In this document: piece by piece, positions 50,567 through 62,036 of the stretch
How positions within the stretch are numbered: the first letter of the stretch is position 1
Layout: each line of letters begins with the position of its first letter
From: a virus
Length of the DNA stretch: 64,000 nucleotides
IMG/VR virus record: IMGVR_UViG_3300031951_000028
Direction: 5' to 3' (one strand)
Translations under genes and position numbers: made by a program
The notes under the pieces: generated by a model
Told to the model about the DNA's origin: nothing
Database searches by the model: none
What the model saw: the letters and a program-made list of their open reading frames with translations, nothing else

Positions 50567-50791
50567 ATGGATTTTAGAAAACATGTTGACGAACAGTTAG
50601 AGAAAAACAGACATAAAAAGAAAATAACCTCTGTTCATGAAGGTTATGGTCTTTTGATAGAAGAAGTAGATGAGTTTTTTGATGAAGTAAAAAAGAAAAC
50701 ATCTGTAAGATTTAGAGAAGATGTTGTAAAAGAACTCGCTCAAATAGCAGCAATGTGTGAACGTATCTATAATGATTTGTATAAAGGGTAA
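50567..50791 (+). CDS. MazG-like (all-alpha NTP pyrophosphatase fold) small protein
   Basis: EEVDE...KELAQIAAM. Confidence 0.5.
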   Translation: MDFRKHVDEQLEKNRHKKKITSVHEGYGLLIEEVDEFFDEVKKKTSVRFREDVVKELAQIAAMCERIYNDLYKG

Positions 50792-50796
50792 TAAAT

Positions 50797-51963
50797 ATGC
50801 ATAAAGTATCTGTCTCTTATAAGCCGTCTGAAGTCCGGAGCTTGCTCCAACATATTGTTAATAATAATCAATACTTGGTTGAAAATGATTTACAACCATT
50901 AGCTATTGAAATTGTTGGTGAGCCTGGAATTGGTAAGACAACTCTAGTAATAGATGAGGCAAAAAGATTAGGTTTAGATTATTATAAACTATCTATGTCT
51001 CAAACAGATGAATTATCTGATTTAGTTGGTTTTCCTATTCGTGAGTTTAAAACAAATACTGGAGAATGGATTAGTGAAAAACAGCTAAATTCTTCTCACG
51101 AATTAAGTGGTGAAGCTCGCACAGCATGGTGTCCACCTAAGTGGGTTCCAAATGATGAAAATAGTAAAGGAGTATTGATTCTAGACGATTGGACTCGTGC
51201 TGATTCTAGATTTGCTCAAGCCACAATGGAATTAATTGAGAAATCAGAATATATGAGCTGGAAATTGCCAAAGGGCTGGAGTATTGTATTAACAAGCAAT
51301 CCAGATAATGGTGATTATGCTGTTAATAGCCTAGATACTGCGCAAAAAACACGCTATCTCTCTATCAATATGAAATATGATAAGGATGATTGGGCGGAGT
51401 GGGCGGAAGCAAATAGTATTGACTCTCGTTGTATTAACTTTGTGCTTCTTAATCCTGAAGTTCTAGATGTAAATAAGAATTTGAACGCAAGAATTGTAAC
51501 TAAATTTTTCAATTCAATTTCATCTATTAGTTCTTTTAAGGGAAATCTTAGACTTATTAGAACTCTTGGAGAAGCCTCTGTTGGTTCAGATTTTGTTGAA
51601 AGATTCTTAGTCTTTATTAATAATGAGCAAGATAGAATTCCATCTCCTCATGAAATACTAACTCATGATAATGAAGAATATATTATTGGTAAAATTAAGC
51701 AGGTATCAGGAGATAGAGAAGACACTTCTTATAAAGCTGCGGTTGCCGGGACTATTGCTGCAAGATTAGTTAATTATATTAAATATTCAGTTACTGAACC
51801 TAAAAAGTTCAAGAAAAAGGCTTTTACTGAACGTATTAAGAATATAATGTTAGCTAAATTATTCCATGATGATACTAATTATTATCTAACAGCATCATTT
51901 TCTGTAATTCCTCAATTTGAAGCGTTCTTGCAAGATCCTCATATTAAGCAATTTATTAGGTAA
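50797..51963 (+). CDS. MoxR-like AAA+ ATPase (copy 2)
   Basis: GEPGIGKT, LILDDWTRA; clear paralog of 43666. Confidence 0.85.
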   Translation: MHKVSVSYKPSEVRSLLQHIVNNNQYLVENDLQPLAIEIVGEPGIGKTTLVIDEAKRLGLDYYKLSMSQTDELSDLVGFPIREFKTNTGEWISEKQLNSSHELSGEARTAWCPPKWVPNDENSKGVLILDDWTRADSRFAQATMELIEKSEYMSWKLPKGWSIVLTSNPDNGDYAVNSLDTAQKTRYLSINMKYDKDDWAEWAEANSIDSRCINFVLLNPEVLDVNKNLNARIVTKFFNSISSISSFKGNLRLIRTLGEASVGSDFVERFLVFINNEQDRIPSPHEILTHDNEEYIIGKIKQVSGDREDTSYKAAVAGTIAARLVNYIKYSVTEPKKFKKKAFTERIKNIMLAKLFHDDTNYYLTASFSVIPQFEAFLQDPHIKQFIR

Positions 51964-52774
51964 TAAAATGGACTATAAAAATCATTTTATAATTATACCA
52001 AATGAAAAAGCAAGATTAGCCCTCAGATGGTATGGAAGTAGTTCACAAACAGAGTCATCACGCTATGGTACGCCTTTGATAGAACAAGAATTAAATGACG
52101 CTTTAACAGAAGTATCCAAGAGAAAAATTGATATTACAAATAAAACAATTTTTTTCTTAAATGGTATTGAAATAAAGCAAGAATTATATAAAAAAAATTA
52201 TAATCTTAAAACTACTAAAGACCCCGAAAAAGCTGATTATATTGTCTTTGGTCAAAGACATATTCATAAAAATTATTGGGGATATGGATATTACCATATA
52301 AATAAAAATATTATTGATATATGTAAAAAATATCATGATAAGTTTTTAGATTATAGAAACATTATGGCTGCGGCAACTAAACAACAAACTTTAACTCATG
52401 AAAATGCGTTAAAACTTTTTAGAATGTCGTGTGCTGAAGATGATGTAAATGCTAAATTATTAAAAACATTAGTAATTGATATAGATTATAATGAATATCC
52501 TCTTCTTATGTCAATTTTATTAAGGAAAATAAGAACTAGAACGAGTGATGGAATATTTTTAAATTATTACAATCAATTTAGAGCAAGTAGTGCCTATATA
52601 AATTTAGGTAATGTATATTCTAACCATATTGATTTAAAATGGATAATTGATAATGTTGGTGCAAAAGATTTAGAATTGGTTATTGGCTTATTTAATGAGC
52701 AAATACCAGACTTTCAATTAGTCAGAAAGAATCCAGCACCGGCTTTGACTGAAACTAATAAATGGGATTTATGA
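51917..52774 (+). CDS. Hypothetical protein
   Basis: ORF track. Confidence 0.6.
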   Translation: MKRSCKILILSNLLGNKMDYKNHFIIIPNEKARLALRWYGSSSQTESSRYGTPLIEQELNDALTEVSKRKIDITNKTIFFLNGIEIKQELYKKNYNLKTTKDPEKADYIVFGQRHIHKNYWGYGYYHINKNIIDICKKYHDKFLDYRNIMAAATKQQTLTHENALKLFRMSCAEDDVNAKLLKTLVIDIDYNEYPLLMSILLRKIRTRTSDGIFLNYYNQFRASSAYINLGNVYSNHIDLKWIIDNVGAKDLELVIGLFNEQIPDFQLVRKNPAPALTETNKWDL

Positions 52775-53133
52775 TATATATAGTAAATCATTCTATTAAA
52801 AAAGGCACTGAAATTATTTTAAAAAATAAATTACATTATTCTAAGAAAATTTCAGGTATATATGAAGATTTAACTAAAAATAAAGTAGACTCTAGGTATA
52901 TTTATATTGCTTATGATGGAGATATACCTATCGGTTGTGCTTTATCTAGTACTAATGCGACAGCAATGGTTTTCATATCGCCTAAATATAGGCGTAAAGG
53001 TTTAGGTACTTTATTAATTACAAAATTATGCGAAGAAAACAAAAAAAATTATTTTCTTTCTGTAGACAAAACCAGTTCAAAAAGTAAAAAACATTTTTGG
53101 GATTATGTTAAAAATAAGATATATAAATGTTGA
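52762..53133 (+). CDS. GNAT acetyltransferase
   Basis: FISPKYRRKGLGT.L. Confidence 0.8.
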   Translation: MGFMIYIVNHSIKKGTEIILKNKLHYSKKISGIYEDLTKNKVDSRYIYIAYDGDIPIGCALSSTNATAMVFISPKYRRKGLGTLLITKLCEENKKNYFLSVDKTSSKSKKHFWDYVKNKIYKC

Positions 53134-53377
53134 ATGTGATAAATGTGGCGAAGTTATTTTACCTTATAATAAAATTATAGAATGTCGATGTGGACAAAAA
53201 ATTAAATATACTTATAAAGTAGAAAAAAGCCCAATGGATTTAGCATTTTCAACACTAATATCTTTAGGTTATTCTAACAATGAAATTAGAAATGCGATAC
53301 ATAACTCATACTTTTTGACACCTCAAGATATGATTGAGCATGTAAAAAAATATGTTAATAGGACAAAACAAGGTTAA
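53105..53377 (+). CDS. Zn-ribbon + RuvA C-terminal-domain-like protein
   Basis: CDKC...CRCG, then AFSTLISLGYSNNEIRNAI. Confidence 0.5.
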   Translation: MLKIRYINVECDKCGEVILPYNKIIECRCGQKIKYTYKVEKSPMDLAFSTLISLGYSNNEIRNAIHNSYFLTPQDMIEHVKKYVNRTKQG

Positions 53378-54212
53378 AAAACAAATAGAGTTAATAACTC
53401 AAAATGAATTTAAACCGACTTTAATATGCGGGCCGAGCGGTTATGGTAAAACCACGTTCGCCAGCTATATTTCAGAATCATTAAATCAAGATATTACGGT
53501 GATAAATTGCGCAACAAAAACAAACAAGCAGGATATTATCAAAGATATCCTTAGAGTGTCAAAATATTCTTGTGTATTATTAGATGAGATTCATTCATTA
53601 CCTAATTCTTACCAGGAAATAGTTTATTCTTTTTTGGATAAGCAGCAAATAAATTTTAATAAATTAAAATTGGACGTTTCAACTATTAATTTTATAGGAG
53701 CGACAACCGATGAAGGCTCTTTACTAGAGCCTCTCTTAAATAGATTTGTTTATAAACTTAGATTAGATAATTATACTGATGATGATTTAGGTCATATTAT
53801 TTATAATTATTTACAGCAAGCATATAATAAAGACGATTGTTTTGCTTTAGGTAAAACAGCTAGAGGTTGCCCACGTGTTGCAATAGCCAGAGCTAATGCT
53901 TTTAAAATCAGTAAAAGTTTAAGTAATTTTTTTGAATATTGGGATGTTTCTCCAGAAGGTTTTGAAAAGCCAGATTATCAATATTTAGAATTATTGCGAG
54001 ACAATTATCCAAAACCAGTCTCTCTTAAAACAATAGAACAAAAATTAAAAATGTCTTCTGATTCTGTAGTTAATAATATTGAATCTTTTTTGATTCATAA
54101 AGACTTAATTATAAAATCTTCTAAGGGTAGAGAGCTGACTAGAAAAGGGTTGGATTTTATGAATATTGATAATATTGATAAATTTCTACAAAACGATTTA
54201 AGCTGGTTATAA
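53352..54212 (+). CDS. ruvB: RuvB-like Holliday junction branch-migration ATPase
   Basis: IGQ, GPSGYGKTT, LDEIH, IGATT..G.L..PL..RF, RGCPR.A, E.FL...LI..SSKGR. Confidence 0.88.
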   Translation: MLIGQNKVKKQIELITQNEFKPTLICGPSGYGKTTFASYISESLNQDITVINCATKTNKQDIIKDILRVSKYSCVLLDEIHSLPNSYQEIVYSFLDKQQINFNKLKLDVSTINFIGATTDEGSLLEPLLNRFVYKLRLDNYTDDDLGHIIYNYLQQAYNKDDCFALGKTARGCPRVAIARANAFKISKSLSNFFEYWDVSPEGFEKPDYQYLELLRDNYPKPVSLKTIEQKLKMSSDSVVNNIESFLIHKDLIIKSSKGRELTRKGLDFMNIDNIDKFLQNDLSWL

Positions 54213-54231
54213 AATAACGCGCCTGCTTCGC

Positions 54232-54287
54232 AAAAACGGCCCGTCTGCGCATTTCTTTTGAGATTGCGTGGTCCGGGCCGTTTTTTT
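54232..54287 (+). terminator. Long GC hairpin + T tract after ruvB
   Basis: AAAAACGGCCCG...CGGGCCGTTTTTTT. Confidence 0.65.
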
Positions 54288-54629
54288 ATGTAAACGCATT
54301 ATAAACGAAATTTGGAGTTTTATGAATATTTTTATTCTTAAAGAAGATTTTTTCTTGTTAACTAAAATCTTTCTTACATTCCCTAAATCTTACATAATTT
54401 TTAACAGTTCTTATCTATATCCTTCAGATCATGCATTATTATCGTTACTAAATAAAATATATAGTAGATATTCCAAGATATATTTTAAAGAATATGTTAA
54501 ACAACAAGAATATTCTTTACACGCCTTTGAATTAAAATTACTTAAAAGTATTAGTGAAGCTCGTCATGCTTGGGTGTCAAGCCAAATTCTCCCTTCTCAA
54601 TCTAAACTTTTCTTTAAATTGGTGGTCGA

Positions 54630-54959
54630 ATGAAAACAAAAATGAAAAAGAAACAAATAATAGTTGATCATATGTTTATTCAAGAATTATGTCATTTTAA
54701 TTCTATTAGAGAAGCATTAACTTATTACGCGCAAATATATATAAGTGGGTATGATAAATTAGATTATGATGATTTTAACGATTTGATTGCTTGTAAAACG
54801 CGAGAAGAAACTGATGAAGAGTTTAATAAACGTATAAAGAATGAAAAAGAAAAAAGAGCAAAACGCAATGCACAAATTAAAAGAGAAAAAGAGCAACAAA
54901 AAGAAAAAAGACGCGAGCAATATGAAAAATTAAAAAAGGAATTTGAAGATGAAGCCTGA
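54630..54959 (+). CDS. Hypothetical coiled-coil protein (paralog of next gene)
   Basis: ACK.REETD.E...YEKLKK.FE shared with 54943-55239. Confidence 0.7.
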   Translation: MKTKMKKKQIIVDHMFIQELCHFNSIREALTYYAQIYISGYDKLDYDDFNDLIACKTREETDEEFNKRIKNEKEKRAKRNAQIKREKEQQKEKRREQYEKLKKEFEDEA

Positions 54960-55239
54960 AAAAATAATAAAAATGTTTGAAGAAAAATATCTAGATTTAG
55001 AAGGAGATATTAAAGATGCGTTGATAACACTATCTAAATTATTAGGTGAAGGTTTTACTAAAATAGATACTGAATACGATGATGATACTAAAAAATTCTA
55101 TGCGTGTAAATACAGAGAAGAAACTGATGCGGAATATGAAGAAAGAATGCAATCAGAAGAAAAACAAAGACAAAGAACTTTATATTATGAAAAACAGATG
55201 TATGAAAAATTGAAGAAAAAATTTGAAAATGAGGGATGA
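54943..55239 (+). CDS. Hypothetical coiled-coil protein (paralog of previous gene)
   Basis: Same motif as 54630-54959. Confidence 0.7.
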   Translation: MKMKPEKIIKMFEEKYLDLEGDIKDALITLSKLLGEGFTKIDTEYDDDTKKFYACKYREETDAEYEERMQSEEKQRQRTLYYEKQMYEKLKKKFENEG

Positions 55240-55689
55240 AAATGTCAAGAGTTGACGATCAGTTTAATTCTGGAGTTTTATGTACAATTTGTATAGTTTT
55301 ATTTTTTCTTATTGAAATAATGATAGTTTATACTACTCATTGTATTACTCATTATCAAATTTGGAATGAGGCTGTGCATTATGGCCACGCTATAAAAATT
55401 AAAACAAATGAAGGTGATTCTTTTATTTGGAAAAAAGCTGAAGAGGTAAAAGAATGATAAAATGTTATGATGTAACTATTAAAATACTCCATAAAAAACA
55501 TTTACCATCTATATTAAAAAAAAATAATATTGAAAATTTATTAGTTCCGTTTTTTGAACCTGATAAAGATATAAATGAAATAATAAAACGTATGGTTCAG
55601 TATGCTCCTGAGAGTGAAAATATATGTTATTGTTTTTATGAAAATAATGAATGGGGTTTTGTTTGTTTTAAGGATGATGAGGTTTAAAA

Positions 55690-56073
55690 ATGTTTACTGT
55701 TGATGAAGCTAGAGAGTTCCTATTAAAGGCTCATATTTGTTTTGGTGTTGATGAAGATGGTATTTATGATGAAGCAGAAAACGACCCAAAGTGGAATCAA
55801 ACAATTAATTTAAATGACGCTATGCATTGGGCTATGTCAGATATGCAATATATAGAAGATGAAGAATTACCTAGAGTTGCACGATTGTTTTGGTTATATG
55901 GTTGGGCCGGTATTTTATATTGGGTTTGTAAAGAAAAGCGTAAAAATGAAATGCCAACATTTGAAGACGCAAAAAGACAAATTCAATTTGTTGAAAACGA
56001 AGAAAATATAATGAAAGAATGTCCAGAGTCTTCTAAGAGAGCTTACTTAAAGAGACAGTATACTATAGGATAA
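55690..56073 (+). CDS. Hypothetical protein
   Basis: ORF track. Confidence 0.65.
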   Translation: MFTVDEAREFLLKAHICFGVDEDGIYDEAENDPKWNQTINLNDAMHWAMSDMQYIEDEELPRVARLFWLYGWAGILYWVCKEKRKNEMPTFEDAKRQIQFVENEENIMKECPESSKRAYLKRQYTIG

Positions 56074-56628
56074 ATTTAATTATGATAAAAATTACTAAAA
56101 AAGGTGATAGCAATATTACTCATATCAAAATGGTTGATATGTTAAATTATCCAAATGAAGTATTTCAAGAATATTCTAAAGGGAAGCCTCAAGAATGGTA
56201 TTTTATTAATCCTGGAATTAACGAAAAAAATCTTATTGTTATTTGGTATGATGATGAAGATAAGGAATACAAGTTATCGACTGAAGATAAAAAAGGATTA
56301 AAAGAATATAATTCTTTTGTTACTGCGGTAAAAGTCACTGACAATATTGATATTTCAATTAATATTGAGAAAAAATAATGGAAAATATAGAATTTACTTT
56401 TAAAGTGTATGATGAACCTTTTTTTAAATTATCCGCAAGAAAAAATTTTCCAAATAGATGGGGCGTAAGTATTATATTAGGTAAATATACTTATGGAGGT
56501 TGCCAATTATTATGGGAATTAGCAGTTCTTTATGATGATGAGATAAATTATACATCTATGTTGACTTCTGATGTAATAGGATATTTGACTATGACTGAAG
56601 TACAAGAACTTACAAAACAAGTAGCTAG

Positions 56629-57063
56629 TTGGTAGAATATAAAATGTATAAATTTAGAATTTGGGATAAAACTAATAAAGTTTTTGTGTATATGGATTTT
56701 CACCGTATTAAAGCGCAAAACGTCAACAGATATACAGATGGTAAAATTCGCTTACAATTAGAGTTTAAATATACAAATCAATTTGCTCCAGAAGTTAAAA
56801 ATTTACATCAACAAGAAGATAATTATGTGATTCAAATTTATACTGGGAAAAAAGATAAGCATGGTAAAGAAATCTATGAAGGAGATATAATTGAATGCTA
56901 TCATTGGTTTGATGGATTAGAATCAAAAGCAACAGAAAAATCTAAAATACCAGTCACATGTTCTATTAGTAGTTCTTTAGACCCAGAATATTCCACTTGT
57001 TATGATGGTGTCGACCATTTTGAAGATATAGAAATTATTGGGCACATTTTTGAAGAAAAATAA
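56629..57063 (+). CDS. YopX family protein
   Basis: KFRIWDK, YTG.KDK.GKEIYEGDI, EIIGHIFE. Confidence 0.85.
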   Translation: MVEYKMYKFRIWDKTNKVFVYMDFHRIKAQNVNRYTDGKIRLQLEFKYTNQFAPEVKNLHQQEDNYVIQIYTGKKDKHGKEIYEGDIIECYHWFDGLESKATEKSKIPVTCSISSSLDPEYSTCYDGVDHFEDIEIIGHIFEEK

Positions 57064-57065
57064 AT

Positions 57066-57395
57066 ATGTTTATTACATTTATACAAAATAATCCTGGCGG
57101 AAAATTTATTGGACCTACAACTGTAGTTATTGAGGGAAATTCTTATGCTGATATATTAGATAGCGCAGAAGATTATGGAATTTATTTTGATGGAGTAGAA
57201 GAAGGCACTGATTGTAAATGTTGTGGTGATAGATGGAATTGTCCAAGCGAATCAAAAATGAATAAAAATATAATGTTTTATGGTAAAGAAATTGATATGT
57301 TAAAAAGCTACATAATTTTTGGAAAAAATTTATTTTTAAATTCTGAAGGTAATCGTGATTTTATAATAATCCCAAAAAATAAAAATGAAAAGTAA
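57066..57395 (+). CDS. Conserved phage hypothetical protein
   Basis: QNNPGG...GIYFDG....DC.CCGDRW. Confidence 0.65.
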   Translation: MFITFIQNNPGGKFIGPTTVVIEGNSYADILDSAEDYGIYFDGVEEGTDCKCCGDRWNCPSESKMNKNIMFYGKEIDMLKSYIIFGKNLFLNSEGNRDFIIIPKNKNEK

Positions 57396-58131
57396 AATTT
57401 ATTGCCCGCGCTCTGGTTGTGGCAAAGCAAATGGGGCCGCTCCGCCATGTCCAGTGAAGTGTAAAAATTGTGGATATGGTACTTATGAAAAACCTTATGT
57501 ATTAACTAATGTTGACAAAATTTGTATAAAATGTAAATATTGCTTATCGTGTGGAAGAATTAGTAAAAAAGAGTATTATAATAATGTATGAGAATTATAG
57601 TGGTCCAGGCAAAAGTGAAAAAATATTTATAATATCTATTATCATATTATCATTTTTATTCAATTTTTTATTAATGTGTAATATCATTTCCATTCTAAAT
57701 AGGAATGAGAATTTTGGTGGTATACCGATATTATTATTTATATATATAATAATGGGGGTATTTCTGGGTAATTTAATACCTATATATAATGTGGTATCTA
57801 AAGATTATATAGAAGAGATGTGTTTTTTTAAGTTGCGTATAATTAAGCCCACCCACAACACTCATATTCCTTTAACCATAGGAATGAGTTATTCTCATAC
57901 TAACATTATCGTTCATTTAAAACCCTTACCAAGTTATTTTCTGCAAAATTCTTAAATTTCTTATTTTCTTTGTTAAATTAGAGCAGTTCTCTTTATAATA
58001 TCTATGTCGCCCCGTCGAGCGTTATAGTATATATACTACATTTCCCTGGCGGACTGTAAGTATTATAAAGACAAGTGCTCCATATTTTCAAAAAATATTG
58101 TCTATTTTAAAAAAATAAAGGAAAAAATAAA

Positions 58132-59373
58132 ATGCTGAATATTGTTAATAATGACGCGAACTATTGCGGGACGATAGTTAAAGTTAAAGAGTTGAATGAT
58201 ATTCCAAATATGGACAACTGTTTGTCTATGCCTATATTTGGATATAACGCTATAGTTAGTAAGACAACTAAGATAGGAGACTATGGAATAGTATTTGGTC
58301 CAGAGACTCAACTATCAGAAGCATTTTGCCATTTTAATAATTTATTTTCTAATGCAGAAGAAAATACAGATAAAAATATAAAAGGCTATCTTGGTGCTAA
58401 TAGACGGGTCCGCTCTATAAAATTACGCGGAAATTTTTCTACTTGTTTATTTATGCCGATATCTGCTTTAGCATACTTAGGAGTATCTTTAGAAGATATA
58501 AAAGAAGGTGACTCGTTCACTTCTATAAACGGTGTTGAAATATGCAAGAAGTATTTTATACAAGAAAAAACTCAACACGGGGCTCATAATAAAAAGTTTA
58601 AGGAAAGAATAGACGATAGATTATTTCCAAAACATATCAAGACTCTACATTTAATGAAAGAGTTAGATAAGTTTGATGCTGAAGATGATATAGTTGTTAC
58701 ATGTAAGCTACACGGCACTTCTGGCCGCTTCACTCATCAATTAATTGATAGAAAACTTTCTTTGATGGAAAGATTCTTATCTATGTTTGTGAATATAAAT
58801 AAGAAACAATATGAATTATTTTGTGGTACGCGTAATACAATAAAATATGATAGTAAATTTGACCAAAACTTTTATGGCCATGATGTATGGCAAGAAACTT
58901 TAAATAAAATTAAAGATAAAATTCCTAAGAACTATGTTATATATGGAGAAATAATTGGTTGGGCTGGTGAAAAAGAGATACAGAAAAATTATACATACTG
59001 TTTACCAAAAAATCATAATGAGTTCTATGTATATAGAATATCAATAGTTAATGAAGATGGTATTCAATCTGATTTATCTTGGGACCAGCTTAAGACTTTT
59101 TGCGCAGAGAAAAATTTAAAAGTTGTTCCAGAAGTTTGGAGAGGTAAGTTTAAAAACTTTGACCACTCTATTTATGAAAATAAAAACTTTTATGAAGAAC
59201 TTGGTTTTAAACAATGTTTAAGATTAGATTCTAATTCTCCTTGCGATGAGGGTGTAGTAGTTAGAAAAGATGGAGTAATACCATTCTTAACTAAGTTTAA
59301 ATCACCCAAGTTTTTAATTATGGAAACCAAATTATTAGACGAGAATGTAGTGTCTATGGAGGATGAAAGCTAA
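58132..59373 (+). CDS. RNA ligase (DRB0094/Rnl-like with N-terminal OB domain)
   Basis: IKLRG..S, KLHGTS adenylation motif, YGEIIG, EGVVVR, KFKS. Confidence 0.8.
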   Translation: MLNIVNNDANYCGTIVKVKELNDIPNMDNCLSMPIFGYNAIVSKTTKIGDYGIVFGPETQLSEAFCHFNNLFSNAEENTDKNIKGYLGANRRVRSIKLRGNFSTCLFMPISALAYLGVSLEDIKEGDSFTSINGVEICKKYFIQEKTQHGAHNKKFKERIDDRLFPKHIKTLHLMKELDKFDAEDDIVVTCKLHGTSGRFTHQLIDRKLSLMERFLSMFVNINKKQYELFCGTRNTIKYDSKFDQNFYGHDVWQETLNKIKDKIPKNYVIYGEIIGWAGEKEIQKNYTYCLPKNHNEFYVYRISIVNEDGIQSDLSWDQLKTFCAEKNLKVVPEVWRGKFKNFDHSIYENKNFYEELGFKQCLRLDSNSPCDEGVVVRKDGVIPFLTKFKSPKFLIMETKLLDENVVSMEDES

Positions 59374-60684
59374 TATTTGCGGTGTATACTATTTTAGTTA
59401 TTTTTTTAACATAGTTTTTATTTTATGCTAAAATGATTAAAATACCTCAATATGTTATTGAGGATAAGTATACGTCAGAATTGATAGCTATTTATAATGA
59501 AACTCATTCTTTTTGTTTTGGCGAAATAATAGTATCAAAAGATTCAAAACGTATAGGATTAACTTATGTAGCCTACAAAGCTAATATAAAAGCTATGTAC
59601 GGTGAACGATATGATTTTATGAAAGGGATAAATTATGGATAATTGCTGCAATGGTCAAATTCAAAATTTTGACGAAAATAATAAGTGTTGTAAAGGTAAA
59701 GGGACGCAACTCGACGTTCAACAAACCTATTACGACTTAGGTTTTAATTCTGGCAGACAGACTATTAAGAATGAGATTAAGAAAATAATTGATTCTGGTA
59801 TGACTGATACTGCTATTGTTCATTGGCTAAAGGGCTTAATATCTTGATGATGAAAAGCTGTAAGTGTGGGCATCAAGTTAGGATTGCTAGAAAAAAGTGT
59901 CCTAAATGTGCTTACAAGTTTAAACAGGATGATAAATTCTACTCTAAAGAAGAAATTATAGTAAAAAAATACTGTAGCAAAATAGGCGCAAAACAAGGAG
60001 ACGTAATTACGCACTGCCCTAGTGTTGATTTATCTGAGATACCAGAATTTCAACCTGAAGAAGGCTGGGTTAATGAAATCATTGAGATGTTCTTAGAAAG
60101 AAAAAGAATATTAATGCCTGAAGCAATAGTATATATAGCCGCAAGGAAATATGGATATAAGAGCGATACTTTTATGAAGATAATAGAAGAGGCTTCTGAA
60201 GTATTCGATGAATTTGAGATATTGGATAGTAGATTATGAAGTGTAAATTTAAAAAAGGGATGCTGTAATTTTAGATTAGCTACAGAGGAAGAGTTATAAT
60301 GCCAAAGATTAAATTAATTAGAATCCATGATAGTTCTTATTATGAAGACATAAATATAAGTCAATCAGATCTTTCTGATTGGGAAGAAGTTTCTCAAGAA
60401 GATTTAGATTATTTATTGTCATGGGAATCTATGTCAGTTTTTGTTAAAGATAGAATTAAAATAGTAGTATTAGAAGATGTCACATCAAAAGAAAATATTC
60501 GTGGATATATAAAAAATATTAAAAATTTTATCAAAGAACAGCAAATAAAACAAGAAGAAAAAGCTAAAAAATATAAAGCTGCCGAAGCTAAAAGAAAAGC
60601 AGAGGCCGAAAAAAAGAAACTAGAAAAAGCCAAGAAATTACTTGAAAAAAGTGGTTTAAAAATTATTCAAGATAAGGTATAGTA

Positions 60685-61524
60685 ATGAGTGATAATTTAC
60701 AAAACGAAATAGTTGATAATCTAAAAAAGATAGCTGGTATTACTGAGTATAATGAAGAATGGGATGAGTTTATCTCAGAAGCAGAAGTTGAAGAGATATA
60801 TGATGAAAACGATGTAATAATTGCTGAAGAAAAAGGTAAAAAGAAAGTAAAACTTAATAAACCTTTTAGAACACCTGACGGGCCAAAAAAATTTAGTGTT
60901 TATGTTAAAAACGACAAAGGAAATGTTGTTAAGGTAAATTTTGGTGACCCTAATATGGAAATTAAAAGAGATGACCCAGAACGTAGGAAAAGTTTTAGAG
61001 CAAGGCATAATTGCGATAACCCCGGTCCAAAATATAAAGCAAGATATTGGTCTTGTAAAATGTGGGAAAGTAATAAGAGTGTAACAGATTATACAAGTGG
61101 TGAAGATTCTTATATGACAAGAGAAGAAATTTTATCAGAAGCTGAAAAAAAGAAACCTGGCTTATGGGATAATATTCGCAAGAAGAAAGAAAAGATGGGT
61201 AAAAGATATCGTCCAGCCCGTCCCGGTTCTCCAGATAGACCAGACCCAAAACAATGGGATAAGCTCACAAAAAGTGAAGATGTTGAAGAAAATGAAAATG
61301 AAACAGTAGAACAAGAATTTCAAGAATATAAAGATGATTTTCTCGGCATGATTATCGGTTCTTTAGAAAGTATTAAGGCTCACACTGAACAAATTCTAAT
61401 GAATATTGAAAATCCTCAAGTAAGAGAAAATCTTACAGAACCATTTCTACAGCAGGCTGCTGTATTAGCTGAAGATTATATTTTGACAATACATAATTAC
61501 GTGATGTTTAATAAAGAAAGTTAA
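60685..61524 (+). CDS. Conserved phage protein with KKF.VYV...VNFGDP...SFRARH.C...YWSC domain
   Basis: Recognisable widespread phage domain of unknown function. Confidence 0.65.
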   Translation: MSDNLQNEIVDNLKKIAGITEYNEEWDEFISEAEVEEIYDENDVIIAEEKGKKKVKLNKPFRTPDGPKKFSVYVKNDKGNVVKVNFGDPNMEIKRDDPERRKSFRARHNCDNPGPKYKARYWSCKMWESNKSVTDYTSGEDSYMTREEILSEAEKKKPGLWDNIRKKKEKMGKRYRPARPGSPDRPDPKQWDKLTKSEDVEENENETVEQEFQEYKDDFLGMIIGSLESIKAHTEQILMNIENPQVRENLTEPFLQQAAVLAEDYILTIHNYVMFNKES

Positions 61525-61526
61525 AA

Positions 61527-62036
61527 ATGACAGAGCAAGAAAAATATCAAGCAGTAAAAGAATTTGGCGATGATATTATTCATGATACAGAATTTTTTCA
61601 AACATATTATAATCCAAAAGCGGAGGAAGTACTTTTTGTACTACCAAATTCTTCTAAAGGAATTGGCGAGCAGAAACTAAAAAAGCCATTATTAAATGAG
61701 AATGGCTGGATTAGGAAAATAAAATTCTTATATGAGGAATTTCCCACTAAAGATTCTGGTTTTCATCTAGTCTCTAATGGTTCTCAAGAAACAGTAATTG
61801 AAGAAGTGGTGGAAACCACAACTACTATTGCTCCAGAAATAGCGAAAAGAGACCAAATGCTAATACCTATTCAAACTAAATTTCCATGCGGGAATTTTAG
61901 AGCAAATCCAGACGACCCCAAATCTATTATTGGTTCTAGAAAAAACGGCGCCAATTATGAAGTTGTAGTGCCACCAGATTTACGCGAGAATTTTATATAT
62001 TTATTAAACCAAGTCAACACTTTGCTTAAGCTATAA
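61527..62036 (+). CDS. Hypothetical protein
   Basis: ORF track. Confidence 0.6.
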   Translation: MTEQEKYQAVKEFGDDIIHDTEFFQTYYNPKAEEVLFVLPNSSKGIGEQKLKKPLLNENGWIRKIKFLYEEFPTKDSGFHLVSNGSQETVIEEVVETTTTIAPEIAKRDQMLIPIQTKFPCGNFRANPDDPKSIIGSRKNGANYEVVVPPDLRENFIYLLNQVNTLLKL

